Below, piece after piece: positions 61,670-64,000 of a DNA stretch of 64,000 nucleotides. The notes under the pieces were generated by a model. That model worked only from the letters and a program-made list of their open reading frames with translations. It had not been told where the DNA came from and searched no databases. The translations under genes were made by a program, and so were the position numbers. Numbering within the stretch: the first letter of the stretch is position 1; every line of letters starts with the position of its first letter. This stretch comes from Balanoglossus misakiensis (taxonomy: Eukaryota > Animalia > Hemichordata): assembly GCA_040954595.2 (NCBI GenBank), contig JBECUI020000036.1:1-64000 (forward strand), written 5' to 3'.

Positions 61670-62443
61670 ATGAATGGTTTAGTTATTGGTAGATTTATCC
61701 CCCCCCATAGCGGACATACCTATTTGATAGAATATGCCCTGCAAAACTGCGATACCTTATACATAATGCTCTGTGTCATGCAATCAGATTCCATTCCAGG
61801 GCCGATTCGTTATCAATGGATGAAGAAAATACATCCAACTGCACGTATTGTGTACATTGATGAAGAGATCCAAGAAGCAAACCGTCATAACCCACAAGCC
61901 CCTGAAATTTGGGCAAATACAGTGCGAAAATATATTAAAAAATCAATTCACCTCGTCATTTCTTCGGAAGAATACGGACTTGCCTTTGCGAAGGCTTTGC
62001 ATGCTCGCTGGCTTCCCGTTGATTTGAGTCGCAGTGCCGTACCGGTAAGCGGTCAGGACATACGAGAACGCCCCGCAGCGTTCTGGCATTTCATTCCCAC
62101 TGTTGTACAACCGTATTTCGTACTGAACATTGCTATCCAACTCCCCGAGGCTGCCATCCTAACAAGAAAACTTGCCGCATTATACGATACCAGCTATTGT
62201 ATAACACAAAACATGCATTTAACCCGTCAACATGCAAAACGTTGTATGTTTGTTGAAGTGGCAGAAGGTAGTCGCTTAAATCGCTATTGGCATCTCCTTA
62301 TCTGCAAGAAGGAAGTTGCAGACAAAACTCCTGTCCCTACCCTTATCATTGATAAGAACGATACCCCTGCAATAATACAACTGATACAAGACGAACTCCT
62401 TCGTAGGTTTGAAATAAAGGTGCCGGGAAGTGATGAACAATAA
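61670..62443 (+). CDS. nadR: NadR-type NMN adenylyltransferase (kinase domain degenerate)
   Basis: GRFIPPHSGH (HxGH), SIPG..R..W, SSEEYG and VPVSG..IR motifs. Confidence 0.75.
   Translation: MNGLVIGRFIPPHSGHTYLIEYALQNCDTLYIMLCVMQSDSIPGPIRYQWMKKIHPTARIVYIDEEIQEANRHNPQAPEIWANTVRKYIKKSIHLVISSEEYGLAFAKALHARWLPVDLSRSAVPVSGQDIRERPAAFWHFIPTVVQPYFVLNIAIQLPEAAILTRKLAALYDTSYCITQNMHLTRQHAKRCMFVEVAEGSRLNRYWHLLICKKEVADKTPVPTLIIDKNDTPAIIQLIQDELLRRFEIKVPGSDEQ
62364..62437 (+). repeat. 74-bp direct repeat, left copy (3' end of nadR)
   Basis: Matches 63326-63399 except for one base. Confidence 0.95.
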
Positions 62444-62501
62444 TTGACAAAAATAGTAAAGTGTATTATTATTAGGTTTGAAATAAAGGAGTTCGAAAAT
62501 T

Positions 62502-63260
62502 ATGAATAAAAGAATTGACGATATGCAAAAAAAATTAACAAGCTACTACGAAGCTAATGGTATTCTTTCAACAAAATTTTGCTGTAAGCATAAAAAGGAG
62601 TGTAAAGGTACTTGCACCCAATCTGAATTTACAGGACCAAAATCTGCATTTGTTCCTTCGGGGTATGAGGAAGGAAAACTGCCAAGGCTTCTGTTTTTAT
62701 CATTAGATTCCGGCAATGGTTCTGATAATCCTAATGATGGACTACCGGAGGCTGTAAGAAAGCAAGAGGAAGAAGACTGTAATGTGAACCAGTTACCCGA
62801 AAATACACATTGGTATAGAACCCATGAATTGGCACAGTATGTTTTGAGGCGCTTTGATGAAACGATAACAATACAAGACGTCCACCGCTATTTTGCGCAT
62901 GCAAACTCTGCAAAATGCTCCCAGAATAAGCAGGGCAAGAAAGAAGCAAATTGGATTTTATTCAAAAACTGCCAAGGATATTTGAAAGGTGAATTAGAAA
63001 TATTAGCACCTGATATTATTATCACTCAAGGATCAAAAGCACATAAGGCTATCGAATCAATACAGGACATCAAATACTTGGATAAATTGGATGAATCTGC
63101 TTCAATAATTGAGTTTAATAACAAACAAGTATTTTGGTTACACACATATCATCCAAGTCCCCGGAACCGGAAAAGGTTTGATCTACAACGGAATGACGGT
63201 AAAGGCTGGGAAAAGTATTCTAAATTAATATATAAGTTTGTTACAAAAAATACCGGGTAA
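62502..63260 (+). CDS. Uracil-DNA glycosylase superfamily protein
   Basis: RLLFLSLDSG, ANSAKC, CQGYLKGELEILAPDIIITQG and TYHPSP resemble family 4/5 UDG motifs; own TTGACA-N17-TATTAT promoter (62444-62472) and AAGGAG RBS. Confidence 0.75.
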   Translation: MNKRIDDMQKKLTSYYEANGILSTKFCCKHKKECKGTCTQSEFTGPKSAFVPSGYEEGKLPRLLFLSLDSGNGSDNPNDGLPEAVRKQEEEDCNVNQLPENTHWYRTHELAQYVLRRFDETITIQDVHRYFAHANSAKCSQNKQGKKEANWILFKNCQGYLKGELEILAPDIIITQGSKAHKAIESIQDIKYLDKLDESASIIEFNNKQVFWLHTYHPSPRNRKRFDLQRNDGKGWEKYSKLIYKFVTKNTG

Positions 63261-63325
63261 AACGTCTTTCTTGAAATTCCATGCCCATGTTTAATTTCTC
63301 CCGGGTAAAAAGTTAAGAAAAGCGT

Positions 63326-63399
63326 CCCCTACAATAATACAACTGATACAAGACGAACTCCTTCGTAGGTTTGAAATAAAGGTGCCGGGAAGTGATGAA
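63326..63399 (+). repeat. 74-bp direct repeat, right copy
   Basis: Duplicate of the nadR 3' end (62364-62437). Confidence 0.95.
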
Positions 63400-63424
63400 T
63401 AGGCACCTGTCTTACGAATTATAA

Positions 63425-64000
63425 CTATTTAATATGGATTGTACCGAGAACGTTCAATTGTTTATCGGTAAGGACAATGCTTCCCTGCCCTGGGACAGCA
63501 TCCGTTATTGCCGTTATAATACTGTAATGCGTAACTAAAACGAGATTTTTCCCATTGCCTTTCCAATTCTTCACATAATTTCTCAACCGCTGTAACTGTT
63601 CTGCTTCTTTCGCCCTGTATTGACCTTGAAATGTAGAATTTAATGCGGTAAAAATTTCATAACGACCAAAGGCAAATTCTGCTGTTTGATAACATCGACA
63701 CCATTGTGAACTGAACACCTGATCAATTGGGATTGTGTATTTTTTGAAGGCTAATCCGATTCTTTTGCTTTGTTCAATTCCTTCTTTCCCCAAGACTCTT
63801 TGTTTATCACAAGAATCCAAGGTAAATCCCGGTAAATCGCCTCCCGAAATCGGCTCGCCCAAACCAGTAATATTGGCTAAAGCATGTCTAATGAGTACAA
63901 CCTTATCTCCTTGCTGCAAAAGTTCCCATACCTTGTCATTTGAAAAAACCTGAATGGGGAAGGAGATAGCTATGAAAAGAATGAGTAATTTAATTAATCC
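63425..64000 (-). CDS. Histidine phosphatase family protein (5' end at or beyond window edge)
   Basis: VVLIRHA, VFSSQWCRCYQTA and LVLVTH motifs in ORF 63425-63919; the upstream part appears to continue to the edge. Confidence 0.8.
   Translation of the reverse strand, partial: GLIKLLILFIAISFPIQVFSNDKVWELLQQGDKVVLIRHALANITGLGEPISGGDLPGFTLDSCDKQRVLGKEGIEQSKRIGLAFKKYTIPIDQVFSSQWCRCYQTAEFAFGRYEIFTALNSTFQGQYRAKEAEQLQRLRNYVKNWKGNGKNLVLVTHYSIITAITDAVPGQGSIVLTDKQLNVLGTIHIK

Overview
Chromosomal segment of a spirochete (Spirochaetia). Indicators are an Msp-like outer sheath protein, an FlcA-like flagellar collar TPR protein, the pyrG-lptCAB cluster and troABCD. Most of the window is housekeeping and transport genes (birA, lipB, pyrG, lptCAB, ribA, ssb, manC, ilvE, manA, fprA, asnS, DAHP synthase, proAB, folB, dcd, sodA, pncA, troABCD, TPP-riboswitch-controlled thiBPQ, nadR) plus four tRNAs. 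Many genes, including core ones, carry single-base frameshifts that most likely reflect long-read consensus errors. The most unusual locus is 41.76-49.94 kb. There, a ~6.4 kb gene for a giant Fn3/Ig-like/GLUG-type surface lipoprotein, with a G20 tract just upstream of its promoter, is bracketed in direct orientation by a non-coding ~155-bp repeat family (8 tandem copies on one side, 2 on the other) next to tRNA-Pro. Each repeat unit has a GC hairpin and, in full copies, a 21-bp AT palindrome. No cas, integrase or transposase gene is visible. Other notable items are a UDG-superfamily gene inserted between 74-bp direct repeats at the 3' end of nadR, two paralogous class III cyclase modules with non-canonical base-specificity residues, and a TroC permease with a DtxR/YtgR-like C-terminal extension. 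All calls come from reading the sequence; no database searches were run.
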